Source: an uncultured Clostridium sp.
Lineage (GTDB): Bacteria > Bacillota > Clostridia > Oscillospirales > Butyricicoccaceae
Length of the DNA: 64,000 bases
Reading direction: 5' to 3'
Assembly: GCA_947427035.1 (NCBI GenBank)
Contig: CANEGK010000005.1
Coordinates: 1-64,000, forward strand
The translations under genes were made by a program, and so were the position numbers. Of the stretch, positions 38,619 through 47,979 are shown piece after piece. Under the pieces are notes generated by a model. It was not told where the DNA came from. It did not search any database and was given only the letters and a program-made list of their open reading frames with translations. Each line of letters opens with the position of its first letter. Within the stretch, counting starts at the first letter, position 1.

Positions 38619-39830
38619 TCAGGCCGGGTTTCCCTCCCGTGCCCGGCGCTGCTGCTCTTCACGGCAGGCGCGCTCAAAGCATTCGCACATGCTGCTGCCG
38701 ATATACCCGCGGTCGGCGCATTTGGGGCAATCGGGCGTGTCGCTGAGCCAGTCGTCCGGCAGGCCGTTTTGGCGCAAAATCTCCTGCCGAGCCTGCAAAA
38801 GCTCCCTTTTCCGCCGCTCCAGCTCTTCGCGCTGCGGCTCGTCCCCCAGTGCGGCGCGCGCCGCCTTTGACGCGCACAGCCGCAGCCCTTTTTCGTTTTC
38901 CGCAAAGCGCGGATCGCTCTTCATCAGGTTCCGGAGCCGCTCTTCCAGCCGCTCTTCCCGCGCTTTCCGCTTTTCCTCAAAAGCACGGGTCACCGCCTGC
39001 ACCACGCTTTCCTGCCCGGCCGGCGCAGAGCGGGGCGGCGGCGTCCGCCGGTCGCCCGTTTCGACCTGCCGTACCGTTTCAAAGCCCTGGCTGTGCCAGC
39101 TTTCCAGTATTTTGTCCATATACCGCCACTCCAGCCGGCCGCAGCGCAGAACGGTGCGGTCATAGGCCAAGCGCAGCAAATCATCCTGTACGCCCCAGTC
39201 GCTCCAGCGGGCGATGTATTTTGCTTCAGATTCCGACGGGCGGCGGTCGTAAACGCCCAGCATCCGCAGCACCCGTGCCCCTTCGGCGTGCAGATACTGC
39301 TGCCGGCGCATATAGCGCTCGGCCTCTTCATAGGTGGTCAGCCCGGCGTCGGCCCAACGATACGCCTGCTTTTCCATCTCCCGCGCGCTCAAATTGTCGC
39401 GCATTTTACAGTAATTGATGAGCAGCATCAAAACATCGGCCGGAAGATTGAGCTCGGTGTAGACGCTGTGGAGCGTCTCCAGCTCGCTTTTGCGCAGCAC
39501 GCGGCCAAAGGCGCCCTCTGCATGACTGACAAGCCCGCGGAAGACGGCGTCTTCGCGCCGGGCCTTTAAAAGCTCGCCCGGCGGTACTGAAATTTCAGCG
39601 CGCGGCGGCGGTGTGGCCGCGTCGCGCCCCAGACCGTACAGCACGAGCAGGCTGGCGGCCTTTTGGACCTGTTCTTCGGTCATGTGCAGCGTCTCCGCCG
39701 CGTCCTTCAGACTGGCGTCCCCGCCCGCGGCCAGCGCACAGGCGTACAGCAGAGCGGCAGCGCCGTCGGCAGCCTGCGTCAGACGGCCCATGGCCTCGCG
39801 CCCTTCCAGCTGTATGTGAATCCGACGCAT
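38619..39830 (-). CDS. DnaD-domain protein (replication initiation/membrane attachment family) with C-terminal Cys4 zinc ribbon
   Basis: The DnaD-like C-terminal domain with YIARWSDWG and the zinc ribbon CPKC...CEC. The start was re-placed at MRRIHIQ, after AGGGAGGG. Confidence 0.55.
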   Translation of the reverse strand: MRRIHIQLEGREAMGRLTQAADGAAALLYACALAAGGDASLKDAAETLHMTEEQVQKAASLLVLYGLGRDAATPPPRAEISVPPGELLKARREDAVFRGLVSHAEGAFGRVLRKSELETLHSVYTELNLPADVLMLLINYCKMRDNLSAREMEKQAYRWADAGLTTYEEAERYMRRQQYLHAEGARVLRMLGVYDRRPSESEAKYIARWSDWGVQDDLLRLAYDRTVLRCGRLEWRYMDKILESWHSQGFETVRQVETGDRRTPPPRSAPAGQESVVQAVTRAFEEKRKAREERLEERLRNLMKSDPRFAENEKGLRLCASKAARAALGDEPQREELERRKRELLQARQEILRQNGLPDDWLSDTPDCPKCADRGYIGSSMCECFERACREEQQRRAREGNPA

Positions 39831-39956
39831 AGCGCGCCCTCCCTTCGCTCGTCCCTTCATCCGCACAGGCGGCGTGAGTATCATTGTACCACAACTGCGC
39901 CCAAAGCGCAAAGGGGCCATTCCCCCCGCCGGGCTCGCTTTTTTCAGCATAAAGCC

Positions 39957-39985
39957 TTGGTTTTTTTCTTTTTATGTGCTATACT
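39957..39985 (+). promoter_or_regulatory. putative promoter of glmU-prs (TTGGTT-17-TGcTATACT, extended -10)
   Basis: Sequence match in the AT-richer intergenic region. Confidence 0.45.
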
Positions 39986-40044
39986 CGTTTTGTGCCGCCG
40001 CGTCTTGATACGGGCGTGCAAATGAAGTTTAAAGGATGAAGCAG

Positions 40045-41226
40045 ATGGCACCCATTGATTCCCTGATTCTGGTCCCCCGGCAGGACGCCGCTTTTCATAT
40101 CGAGCTTTTGTCCTGCACGGTTTTTGATCATCTGGCCTCTGCCGCCGCGGCCTTTTCGCCCCACTGCGTTTTCAGCCGCGGGCTGTGCGCCGGCAAAAGC
40201 GAATTTTCCGTCTGCCTGGCGGCCGACGACCCCGCGGCGCTGATCGACGCGTACCTGCTCGCGTCCGACGCGCCTTCGGTTCTGCTGCTTTTTAAGCCGT
40301 CGCCCGTTTTGTCGCCGCAGACGCTGAACGCGCTGGCGCAGCTCGCCGAGTCGGCCAACGGCGCGGCCGTTTTGCGCGACGGCGACGAGGCGCTCGCCGT
40401 GCTTTTGCCGCGCGAATCGCTTGAAGCCTATGACTTCGGCGATTTTTCCGATCTTTCGGCCGCGCAGCTGTGCGAGGATCTCAACGCCGTGGCGCACGAC
40501 GTCCCCCCCGCCGAAAAGCATATTGTCACCGACACGGTCAGCGCCTATTACGCGCAGGAGGCGCTGCGCGCGCGCATCAACTATTTCTGGATGGAGCAGG
40601 GCGTTTTCCTCATGGACCCCAACACGACGTACATCTCTCCCCTGGCGCGCATCGGCGCAGGCAGCGTCGTCCTGCCCGGCTGTTTTCTGAACGGCCGCAC
40701 CAGCGTCGGCGAAGGCTGCCGCATCGGCCCTAACTCCCTTTTGCAGAACGCCGACATCGGTGACCGTGTCACGGTCAATTCTTCGCAGATTCTGGACAGC
40801 TCGGTCGGCGACGATACCACCGTCGGCCCCTTTGCCTACATCCGCCCCGGCTCCCTGGTCGGCAAAAAGGCGCGCATCGGCGATTTTGTCGAGCTGAAAA
40901 AAGCCCGCATCGGCGACGGCACCAAGGTCGCGCACCTGACCTATCTGGGCGACGCGACGCTGGGCGAGCGCGTCAACGTCGGCTGCGGCGTCGTCACCGT
41001 CAATTATGACGGCAAAAACAAATATCACACCACCGTGGGGGACGACAGCTTTATCGGCTGCAATGTCAACCTGGTTTCGCCCGTCACCGTCGGGCGCGGC
41101 TCCTATCTGGCCGCCGGCACCACCGTGACCGACGAGGTCGCTGAAGATTCCCTGTGCATCGGCCGTGTGCGCGCCACCGTCAAGCCCGGCTGGGCAAAAA
41201 AACGGCGCGAAAGCGGCAAGCTGTAA
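40045..41226 (+). CDS. glmU: GlmU homolog: the C-terminal left-handed beta-helix GlcN-1-P acetyltransferase domain is intact, but the N-terminal nucleotidyltransferase domain lacks the canonical motifs
   Basis: The C-terminal domain is near-canonical (NYDGKNKYHTTVGD; AHLTYLGDA). The N-terminal 200 aa lack the LAAGxGTRM and LGTGHA motifs. The gene sits in the glmU-prs-pth-mfd synteny. Confidence 0.75.
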   Translation: MAPIDSLILVPRQDAAFHIELLSCTVFDHLASAAAAFSPHCVFSRGLCAGKSEFSVCLAADDPAALIDAYLLASDAPSVLLLFKPSPVLSPQTLNALAQLAESANGAAVLRDGDEALAVLLPRESLEAYDFGDFSDLSAAQLCEDLNAVAHDVPPAEKHIVTDTVSAYYAQEALRARINYFWMEQGVFLMDPNTTYISPLARIGAGSVVLPGCFLNGRTSVGEGCRIGPNSLLQNADIGDRVTVNSSQILDSSVGDDTTVGPFAYIRPGSLVGKKARIGDFVELKKARIGDGTKVAHLTYLGDATLGERVNVGCGVVTVNYDGKNKYHTTVGDDSFIGCNVNLVSPVTVGRGSYLAAGTTVTDEVAEDSLCIGRVRATVKPGWAKKRRESGKL

Positions 41227-41268
41227 TGTTGAAAATCAAACAGATTTGAATCTTGGGGGTAAATACAT

Positions 41269-42228
41269 ATGATTTCGCATGGTACGAGCATCAAGATTTT
41301 CGCGGGCAATTCCAACCCGGCGCTGGCGCTGGAAATCGCCACGTCGCTGGGCCTCGAGCTGGGCAAAGCCGTCGTCACCAAATTCTCGGACGGCGAAATT
41401 TCCGTCTCCATCAACGAGACGGTGCGCGGCGCCGACGTTTTCGTCGTGCAGTCGACCTGCAACCCTGTCAACGACAACCTGATGGAAATGCTCATCATGA
41501 TCGACGCCTTCCGCCGCGCCAGCGCCGGCCGCATCACCGCCGTCATGCCCTATTTCGGCTATGCGCGCCAGGACCGCAAAACCAAGGCGCGCGACCCCAT
41601 TTCAGCCAAGCTGGTCGCCGACCTTATCGAAGCGGCCGGCGCCGACCGCGTGCTGACCATGGATCTGCACGCTTCGCAGCTCCAGGGCTTTTTCAACATC
41701 CCGGTTGACAATCTGCTGGGCACCTCGGTGCTCATCCCCTATTTTGCCGACAAGTTCGGCATGAGCAACGACGATGTCGTCGTCGTCGCCCCTGACCTCG
41801 GCTCGGTCGGCCGCGCCCGCAAATTCACCGAACGCCTTGACCTGCCGCTGGCCATCATCGACAAGCGCCGGCCGCGCGCCAATTTTTCCGAAGTCATGAA
41901 CATCATCGGCGACGTACAGGGCAAGCAGGTCATTCTGGTCGACGACATGATTGACACGGCCGGCACCCTGTGCAACGCTGCCAGCGCTTTGATGAACCTG
42001 GGCGGCGCCAAAAGCGTCGTCGCCTGCGCCACGCACGGCATTCTGTCCGGCCCCGCCATCGAGCGGCTGGAAAACAGCGTCATTTCAGAAGTTTATCTGC
42101 TCGACACCGTTCCCTTGCCGGCCAACAAAAAGATTGATAAAATCAAAGTGCTGCCGGTGGCCAGCATGTTTACCGAGGCCATTCGCCGCATTTATGAAGA
42201 GACCTCCGTTTCGGAAATTTTCGGTTAA
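41269..42228 (+). CDS. prs: ribose-phosphate pyrophosphokinase
   Basis: The PRPP-binding motif VILVDDMIDTAGT and the start MISHGTSIKIFAGNS. Confidence 0.95.
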   Translation: MISHGTSIKIFAGNSNPALALEIATSLGLELGKAVVTKFSDGEISVSINETVRGADVFVVQSTCNPVNDNLMEMLIMIDAFRRASAGRITAVMPYFGYARQDRKTKARDPISAKLVADLIEAAGADRVLTMDLHASQLQGFFNIPVDNLLGTSVLIPYFADKFGMSNDDVVVVAPDLGSVGRARKFTERLDLPLAIIDKRRPRANFSEVMNIIGDVQGKQVILVDDMIDTAGTLCNAASALMNLGGAKSVVACATHGILSGPAIERLENSVISEVYLLDTVPLPANKKIDKIKVLPVASMFTEAIRRIYEETSVSEIFG

Positions 42229-42261
42229 TGCGCGCGTAGGGGCTTCCCGCCCCGTTTCAGG

Positions 42262-42294
42262 GACCGGCGGCTTTTCGCCGCCGGTTTTCTATGC
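42262..42294 (+). terminator. Rho-independent terminator/attenuator after prs
   Basis: ccggcggcttttcgccgccgg followed by TTTT. Confidence 0.6.
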
Positions 42295-42321
42295 ATTTTT
42301 TCACCAAAGGAAGTGTTTTCC

Positions 42322-42927
42322 ATGTTCAGGCGGCACAAAGCCCCCGCCGTACAGACAGCCGATTTCATTGTGGCCGGTCTGGGCAACCCCGGCCGGAAAT
42401 ATGAAGTCACACGTCATAATGCGGGTTTTATGGCGCTCGACCTGCTGGCCGAACGTCTGGGCGCCGGCCGGCTTACCAAGACGCGTTTTCAGTCGACCTA
42501 CGCCCTTTGCAGCTGGAGCGGGAAAAACATTCTGCTCATGAAGCCGCAGACCTTTATGAACCTTTCCGGCGAGGCGGTGCGCGACATGGCAGGCGCCTTT
42601 TCCGTGCCGCCCGAGCGCATTATCGTCGTTTTTGACGACGTCTCTCTCCCTGCCGGGCGCATCCGCGTGCGCCGCAGCGGCTCGGCCGGCGGGCACAACG
42701 GCATCAAAAGCATCATCTACCAGCTCGGCTCCGATGCTTTCCCCCGCGTCAAAATCGGAGTCGGCGCCCCGCAGAAGGGAGTCGAAGACATGCGTAATTT
42801 TGTTCTGGACACGTTGGACAGCGAAGCCTACAGCGGGGTCAAAATGGCGCCCGACGCCGCCTTGTGTATCATTGAAAAGGGCCCCGATGCCGCCATGCAG
42901 GAGTTTAACGGGAAGGTCGGGCTGTAA
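42322..42927 (+). CDS. pth: peptidyl-tRNA hydrolase
   Basis: The motifs GLGNPG and GGHNGIKS. Confidence 0.95.
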   Translation: MFRRHKAPAVQTADFIVAGLGNPGRKYEVTRHNAGFMALDLLAERLGAGRLTKTRFQSTYALCSWSGKNILLMKPQTFMNLSGEAVRDMAGAFSVPPERIIVVFDDVSLPAGRIRVRRSGSAGGHNGIKSIIYQLGSDAFPRVKIGVGAPQKGVEDMRNFVLDTLDSEAYSGVKMAPDAALCIIEKGPDAAMQEFNGKVGL

Positions 42928-43082
42928 AGGCGGCCTCCATCATTCTATACTCGTCTTGGCCCCGCTCATTTGATACTCGCCGGCTCGGACGCCAACACCC
43001 GTCGGCGGCTCGGCGCACGCCTCGCGAGCAAAACGGGCTAATCTTGCAAACGAACCTATGTAAAAGTTCGTCAACGGGGGAG

Positions 43083-43142
43083 CCGCGAGGGGGCACGACC
43101 AAAGCGGAGCGAGCCATTGCGGGCCCCCTCGCGTCGTTTTTT
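43083..43142 (+). terminator. Rho-independent terminator after pth
   Basis: Stem gccgcgagggggc...gggccccctcgcg followed by TCGTTTTTT. Upstream segments could form an alternative pairing. Confidence 0.6.
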
Positions 43143-43247
43143 GGTACTTTTTGTCGACACAAAAAGTACCAACACTCTCTTCTCCCCCGTACAGGGGAAC
43201 TGATTTAAAAACCTGTTGGTACCTTTGCTCGAATGCAAAAGTACCAA
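43141..43247 (+). repeat. pair of related 32-bp stem-loops (TTGGTAC-N18-GTACCAA) immediately upstream of mfd
   Basis: The first is ttggtactttttgTCGACAcaaaaagtaccaa at 43141-43172 and the second is ttggtacctttgcTCGAATgcaaaagtaccaa at 43216-43247. The stem differences are compensatory. Confidence 0.6.
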
Positions 43248-43269
43248 ACCTTTCTTTCAGGGAGATTTC

Positions 43270-46200
43270 ATGGACACACACGAGACATTGCTCAAGCTGG
43301 TGCGCGATTTGCCCGAATACCAGCAGCTTTTATCTGAAATACAAAGGGACAGCCGGCGGGTTGTCTCCCTTTATGGTGTCTCTCACATTCACAAAGCGCA
43401 TATCGCTGCCGCGCTTTCCTGCGACCTGGGCCGGCCTTTGTGCGTCGTCACGCGCGACGAGCAGAGCGCGCGCCGCATGGCGCTCGATATTGAAAGCTTC
43501 TGCGGCCGGAAAACGGCCTTTCTGCCGGTGCGCGACTTTGTCTTCCATAACATTGACAACGTCTCCCGCGAATACGAACATCAGCGTCTGGGCGCGCTTC
43601 ACGCCTTTTTTACGCAGGAAGCCCCCGTGCTTGCCGCCCCGGTCGAAGCCATGATGCTCTCTACCCTCCCCCCCGACATGATGCAACAGGCGACACTGTG
43701 CCTGCGCCAAAACGAGGATTACGATCTTTCCGATCTGGCCTCCCGCCTGACCCGGGCCGGCTACGCCAGCGCGCTGACCGTCGAAGGGCCGGGTCAGTTC
43801 GCCCTGCGCGGCGGCATTCTGGACATCTTCCCCATCGGCCAGCCGGCGCCTGTACGCGCCGAGTTCTTCGGCGACACCGTCGATTCCCTCGGCGTTTTCG
43901 ACCCCATGACCCAGCGGCGCAGCCGGAACATCGAGCAGTGCGATATTTTGCCGGCGCGCGAGGTTCTGCCGCACATGGCCAGGGACGGCCTTCCGGGGCT
44001 TTTGAAAACGCTGGCTGCCCTGTCCCGCCGCGCCGGTGACGCCCTGCATGAGACATTGCGGCAGGACGCCGAGCGGTTGGAGCAGAACGGCCTGTTTGCC
44101 GCCTGCGACCGCTACCTGCCCCACATCTATCCTCGCCAGGCCACTGCCTTTTCCTACCTGCCTCCGGACGCTCTCATCGTGGTCGACGACACGCCCGCCG
44201 TGCTGGAAAGCGCACGCGCTATGGCCTACCGCCAAAGCGAGGATCAAACCCACCTGCTGGAAAACGGCGTGCTCGCGCCGTCCCGCTATGGCTTTTCCCT
44301 TTCAGACGGCGAGGTTCGCGCGCAGATTGAATCGAGCTCTGCCGTGCTGCTCGACGCCTTTTTGACCCAGACCGCCCTGCGCCCGCACGCGCTCATTTCC
44401 TTAAACTGCAAACAGCTCCCCTCGTACGGCGGCAGCCTGGACACGGCTGTCAGCGACCTTGAAAGCTATCTGTCGCTGCACTACACCCTGTTTGTGCTGG
44501 CCGGCGGCAGCCAGCGCGCCGCCGCTCTGCGCGAGCTTTTGGAAAGCCGCTCTCTCCCCTGTGTTTCCGACCCGGCACAGGCTGGGCCGGGCCGCATCTG
44601 CGTCCTGCCGCAAAATCTTTCGGCCGGCTTTGAATACCCCCTGACCGCCACGGCCGTCATCACCGAAGGGCAGCTGAGCGCACAGCACGCAAAACGCAGA
44701 AAATATGGTAAAAAGTCCTCGCGCAACCGGCTGAAAAGCTATTCCGATCTGACGCCCGGCGACCTTGTCGTGCACGACCATCACGGCATCGGCCGCTTTG
44801 TCGGCGTCGAGCGCATCGCTGTCGACGGCGTGCAGCGCGACTATATCAAAATCGCCTATGCGGGCACCGACTTTGTCTTTGTCCCCGCCACCTCGCTCGA
44901 CCTGGTGTCCAAATACATCGGCGCGGGCGAGGCCGACGCCGTCAAGCTCAACAAGCTGGGCGGCACAGCCTGGCAAAAGACCAAGACGCGCGCCAAAAAA
45001 GCGGCGCAGGACCTGGCCGAAGGGCTTATTGCCCTGTACGCGGCGCGGCTCAAGCGCCCCGGCTTCGCCTTTTTTCCCGACGACGACATGCAGCGCTCGT
45101 TTGAAGAGAGCTTCCCCTACGATGAGACCGAGGATCAGCTGCTCTGCGTGCGCGACATCAAGCGTGACATGGAACAGCCCCATCCCATGGATCGCCTGCT
45201 GTGCGGCGACGTCGGCTTCGGCAAGACCGAAGTGGCCTTCCGCGCTGTTATGAAGTGCGTTCTTGCCGGCAAACAGGCCGCCATCTTGGTTCCCACCACC
45301 GTGCTGGCCCGCCAGCATTACCTGACGGCCTCCCAGCGGTTTTCCGGCTACCCTGTCAAGGTCGAAATGATGTCGCGCTACCGCACCGCCGGGCAGATGC
45401 GCGAAACGCTGGCCCGCCTGCGCACCGGCCAGTGCGATGTGCTCATCGGCACCCACCGCATTTTGCAGAAGGACGTGCATTTTAAAGATCTCGGCCTGCT
45501 CGTCGTCGACGAAGAGCAGCGCTTCGGCGTTTCACACAAAGAGCAGATCAAGCAGATGACGACGGCCGTCGACGTGCTGACGCTGACGGCCACCCCCATT
45601 CCGCGCACCCTTAACATGGCCCTATCCGGCATCCGCGACATGTCGGTGCTGGAAGAACCGCCGCTCGGCCGCCAGCCGGTGCAGACCTATGTGCTCGAGC
45701 ACGACAATGTCATCATCCGCGACGCCATCCGGCGTGAGCTGTCGCGCGGCGGGCAGGTTTACTACCTGCACAACCGCATCGACTCCATCGAACAGACCGC
45801 TTCGTTTTTGCGCCAGCAGTTCCCTGACGCCGTTGTCGCCACCGCCCACGGCCGCATGGGGGAAGAGCAGCTTTCCGACGTCATGAGCCGCACCTACGCC
45901 GGCGAAATCTCCATTCTGGTGTGTACCACCATTATCGAAACAGGCGTCGACATTCCCAATGTCAACACCTTGATCATCGAAAATGCCGACGCTATGGGAC
46001 TTGCGCAGCTGCACCAGATCCGCGGCCGCGTCGGCCGTTCGCCGCGCCATGCCTATGCCTACTTCACCTATCGGCGCGGCAAGGTGCTGAGCGAAATTTC
46101 ACAAAAGCGGCTTTCCGCCATCCGCGAATTTGCCGAATTCGGTTCGGGCTTTAAAATCGCCATGCGCGACCTTGAAATCCGCGGCGCGGGCAATGTCCTG

Positions 46201-46767
46201 GGCGCCGAGCAGAGCGGCCACCTGATGAACGTCGGCTATGACCTGTACCTGCGCCTGCTGGAGGAAGCGGCGGGCGAGCTGACCGGCTCGCCGGTTTCCG
46301 AGCGCATCGAGTGCACCGCCGATATCCTGGTTTCGGCCGGCCTGCCGCAAAGCTATATCCCCGACGCCGGCACCCGCGTCGACCTGTACCGCCGCATTGC
46401 CCTCATCCGCTCGGAGGAGGACTACCTCGACATGCAGGACGAGCTCATCGACCGTTTTGGCGACCCGCCGGGGCCGGCGCTCAACCTTTTGTCCATTGCC
46501 CTGCTGCGCGCTCATGCGTCCGAGTGCGGCGTCTGCGAAATCACTCACCGCACCGGCTCGGTGCAGTTTGTCTTTGTCCCCGGCGCATTGCAAAGCGCTT
46601 CGGCCGTCTGCGCCGAACCGTCGCTCAAGGGCCGCATTCTGATGAGCGCCGGTGAAAAGCCTTACCTTGCCCTGCGGCTGAAGCCGACCGATGACGTTTT
46701 GAAGGCGGCGTCCGGCCTGGTTTCGCTCTGGCGGCAAAAAATCGAGGAAGCCGCGCCGGCAAAATGA
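43270..46767 (+). CDS. mfd: transcription-repair coupling factor
   Basis: A UvrB-homology region, a superfamily-2 helicase domain (DEEQRFGV; LTATPIPRT) and a TRCF C-terminus. The start was re-placed at MDTHE, after CAGGGAG. Confidence 0.95.
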   Translation: MDTHETLLKLVRDLPEYQQLLSEIQRDSRRVVSLYGVSHIHKAHIAAALSCDLGRPLCVVTRDEQSARRMALDIESFCGRKTAFLPVRDFVFHNIDNVSREYEHQRLGALHAFFTQEAPVLAAPVEAMMLSTLPPDMMQQATLCLRQNEDYDLSDLASRLTRAGYASALTVEGPGQFALRGGILDIFPIGQPAPVRAEFFGDTVDSLGVFDPMTQRRSRNIEQCDILPAREVLPHMARDGLPGLLKTLAALSRRAGDALHETLRQDAERLEQNGLFAACDRYLPHIYPRQATAFSYLPPDALIVVDDTPAVLESARAMAYRQSEDQTHLLENGVLAPSRYGFSLSDGEVRAQIESSSAVLLDAFLTQTALRPHALISLNCKQLPSYGGSLDTAVSDLESYLSLHYTLFVLAGGSQRAAALRELLESRSLPCVSDPAQAGPGRICVLPQNLSAGFEYPLTATAVITEGQLSAQHAKRRKYGKKSSRNRLKSYSDLTPGDLVVHDHHGIGRFVGVERIAVDGVQRDYIKIAYAGTDFVFVPATSLDLVSKYIGAGEADAVKLNKLGGTAWQKTKTRAKKAAQDLAEGLIALYAARLKRPGFAFFPDDDMQRSFEESFPYDETEDQLLCVRDIKRDMEQPHPMDRLLCGDVGFGKTEVAFRAVMKCVLAGKQAAILVPTTVLARQHYLTASQRFSGYPVKVEMMSRYRTAGQMRETLARLRTGQCDVLIGTHRILQKDVHFKDLGLLVVDEEQRFGVSHKEQIKQMTTAVDVLTLTATPIPRTLNMALSGIRDMSVLEEPPLGRQPVQTYVLEHDNVIIRDAIRRELSRGGQVYYLHNRIDSIEQTASFLRQQFPDAVVATAHGRMGEEQLSDVMSRTYAGEISILVCTTIIETGVDIPNVNTLIIENADAMGLAQLHQIRGRVGRSPRHAYAYFTYRRGKVLSEISQKRLSAIREFAEFGSGFKIAMRDLEIRGAGNVLGAEQSGHLMNVGYDLYLRLLEEAAGELTGSPVSERIECTADILVSAGLPQSYIPDAGTRVDLYRRIALIRSEEDYLDMQDELIDRFGDPPGPALNLLSIALLRAHASECGVCEITHRTGSVQFVFVPGALQSASAVCAEPSLKGRILMSAGEKPYLALRLKPTDDVLKAASGLVSLWRQKIEEAAPAK

Positions 46768-46833
46768 TTTGCCAAACGCCGGGCAAGATGGTATGATAAA
46801 GGGTAGCTTTTTGCCTGAGGAGGTCGATTGCTT

Positions 46834-47823
46834 TTGAAAAAGACTGTGCTTTTCTGCCTTGTTTTCTGCCTGCTGCTGTGCGGCTGCTCGCCCAGCCCGG
46901 TGGCCGTCACCGTCGGCGAGCGCAAGGTGGACATGGCGGCTTACGCTTTTTACATTCACTATAACCTGATGAACCTGGGCGTTGATTACGGCTACAGCCC
47001 GGACACGCTGTATTCTGACGAAATGACCGAGCAAATCAAGGCCGACGCGCTGGATCAGGCGGTGACGGCCGAGGTTGTGCGGCTGCTGTGCGCCGAAAAG
47101 GGGCTTTCGCTGTCCGACGAGCAGCTGGAAAAGCTGGCGGCCGACAAAAAAGACTTCATCGAATCCATGGGCGGAAAGCATGCGTACCTGGCTTTTCTGC
47201 GCGAATCGGCGCTGGCCGACCGCGTGTACGACGCATCGCAGGAAAACTCGCTTTACTACGATATGCTTTCGGAATACTATTACGCCGAAGCGACCGAATA
47301 TTACAACGATGAAAACCTGCGCCAGTTCTTTTCGGAAAACTACATCACCGTCAAATACATCCGTCTGGGCATTCTCAATGACGAGGGACTTCCCCTTTCG
47401 GAAATCGACGCGGCCGGCAAGCTGACGCTGGCCAACAGCCTGCTTGCGCAGGCAGGGCAGCCGGACGCCGATTTTGACGCGCTTGTCGCGCAGTACAACG
47501 ACGATGCCGTCATGGAAGCAAACCCCGACGGGCTTGTCGTCAGCATTGCCGAAGCGGGGGAAAGCGCCTACCTTGCCCCTGCTTTTGATTTGGCCGAAGG
47601 GGAAATCGGCGGCGTTTACAGCGCTTCGGACGGATATTACATCGTCAAACGCACCGCTGTCGGCGCCGGGTATTTTGAAGAAAACCAAAGCCTCATTTTA
47701 CAGGACGCCATTGACCAGTATTTTACGCAGGCGCTGGAGCAGAAAAAGGCCGAAACGCCCGTCAGCACCACAAACGCCTATAAAAAAATCAATCTCGACA
47801 ACTATATGGACTATGTGAAATAA
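46834..47823 (+). CDS. lipoprotein with SurA/PrsA-like N-terminal chaperone region (putative foldase; no clear parvulin motif)
   Basis: A signal peptide and lipobox (LLLCGC). It sits in the post-mfd position where PrsA-like genes occur in Firmicutes. The start is either the TTG at 46828 or at 46834. Confidence 0.55.
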   Translation: MKKTVLFCLVFCLLLCGCSPSPVAVTVGERKVDMAAYAFYIHYNLMNLGVDYGYSPDTLYSDEMTEQIKADALDQAVTAEVVRLLCAEKGLSLSDEQLEKLAADKKDFIESMGGKHAYLAFLRESALADRVYDASQENSLYYDMLSEYYYAEATEYYNDENLRQFFSENYITVKYIRLGILNDEGLPLSEIDAAGKLTLANSLLAQAGQPDADFDALVAQYNDDAVMEANPDGLVVSIAEAGESAYLAPAFDLAEGEIGGVYSASDGYYIVKRTAVGAGYFEENQSLILQDAIDQYFTQALEQKKAETPVSTTNAYKKINLDNYMDYVK

Positions 47824-47856
47824 AAAAGCCGCCCGGCATATGCCGGGCGGTTTTTT
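47824..47856 (+). terminator. Rho-independent terminator
   Basis: aaaaaagccgcccggcatatgccgggcggtttttt. Confidence 0.8.
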
Positions 47857-47979
47857 CCGTTGTGCGGTAAACTCTCTCTGTCTTTCTGCCGTCAGCTGCC
47901 GGCAACAAACGGCGCGGCTTTCTCTATCCGCCGCCGGCCGCTGTCAGCCGGGCTTCCCGCTTGTATCCATACGCCGGGG

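Noticed and set aside
38054-38905. 283-aa minus-strand ORF overlapping dfx and the terminator
   Set aside because: It is a reverse-frame artefact. Desulfoferrodoxin on the plus strand has an RBS and intact metal ligands.
39979-41028. 349-aa minus-strand ORF
   Set aside because: It is antisense to glmU.
42928-43269. Possible small gene (fin/yabK-like) between pth and mfd, including the minus-strand ORF 42940..43281
   Set aside because: No ORF with an RBS was found on the plus strand. The minus ORF lacks an RBS and spans a terminator and hairpin repeats. The region is better explained as structured non-coding DNA.
44401-47688. 359-aa and 529-aa minus-strand ORFs
   Set aside because: They are antisense to mfd and to the PrsA-like lipoprotein gene.
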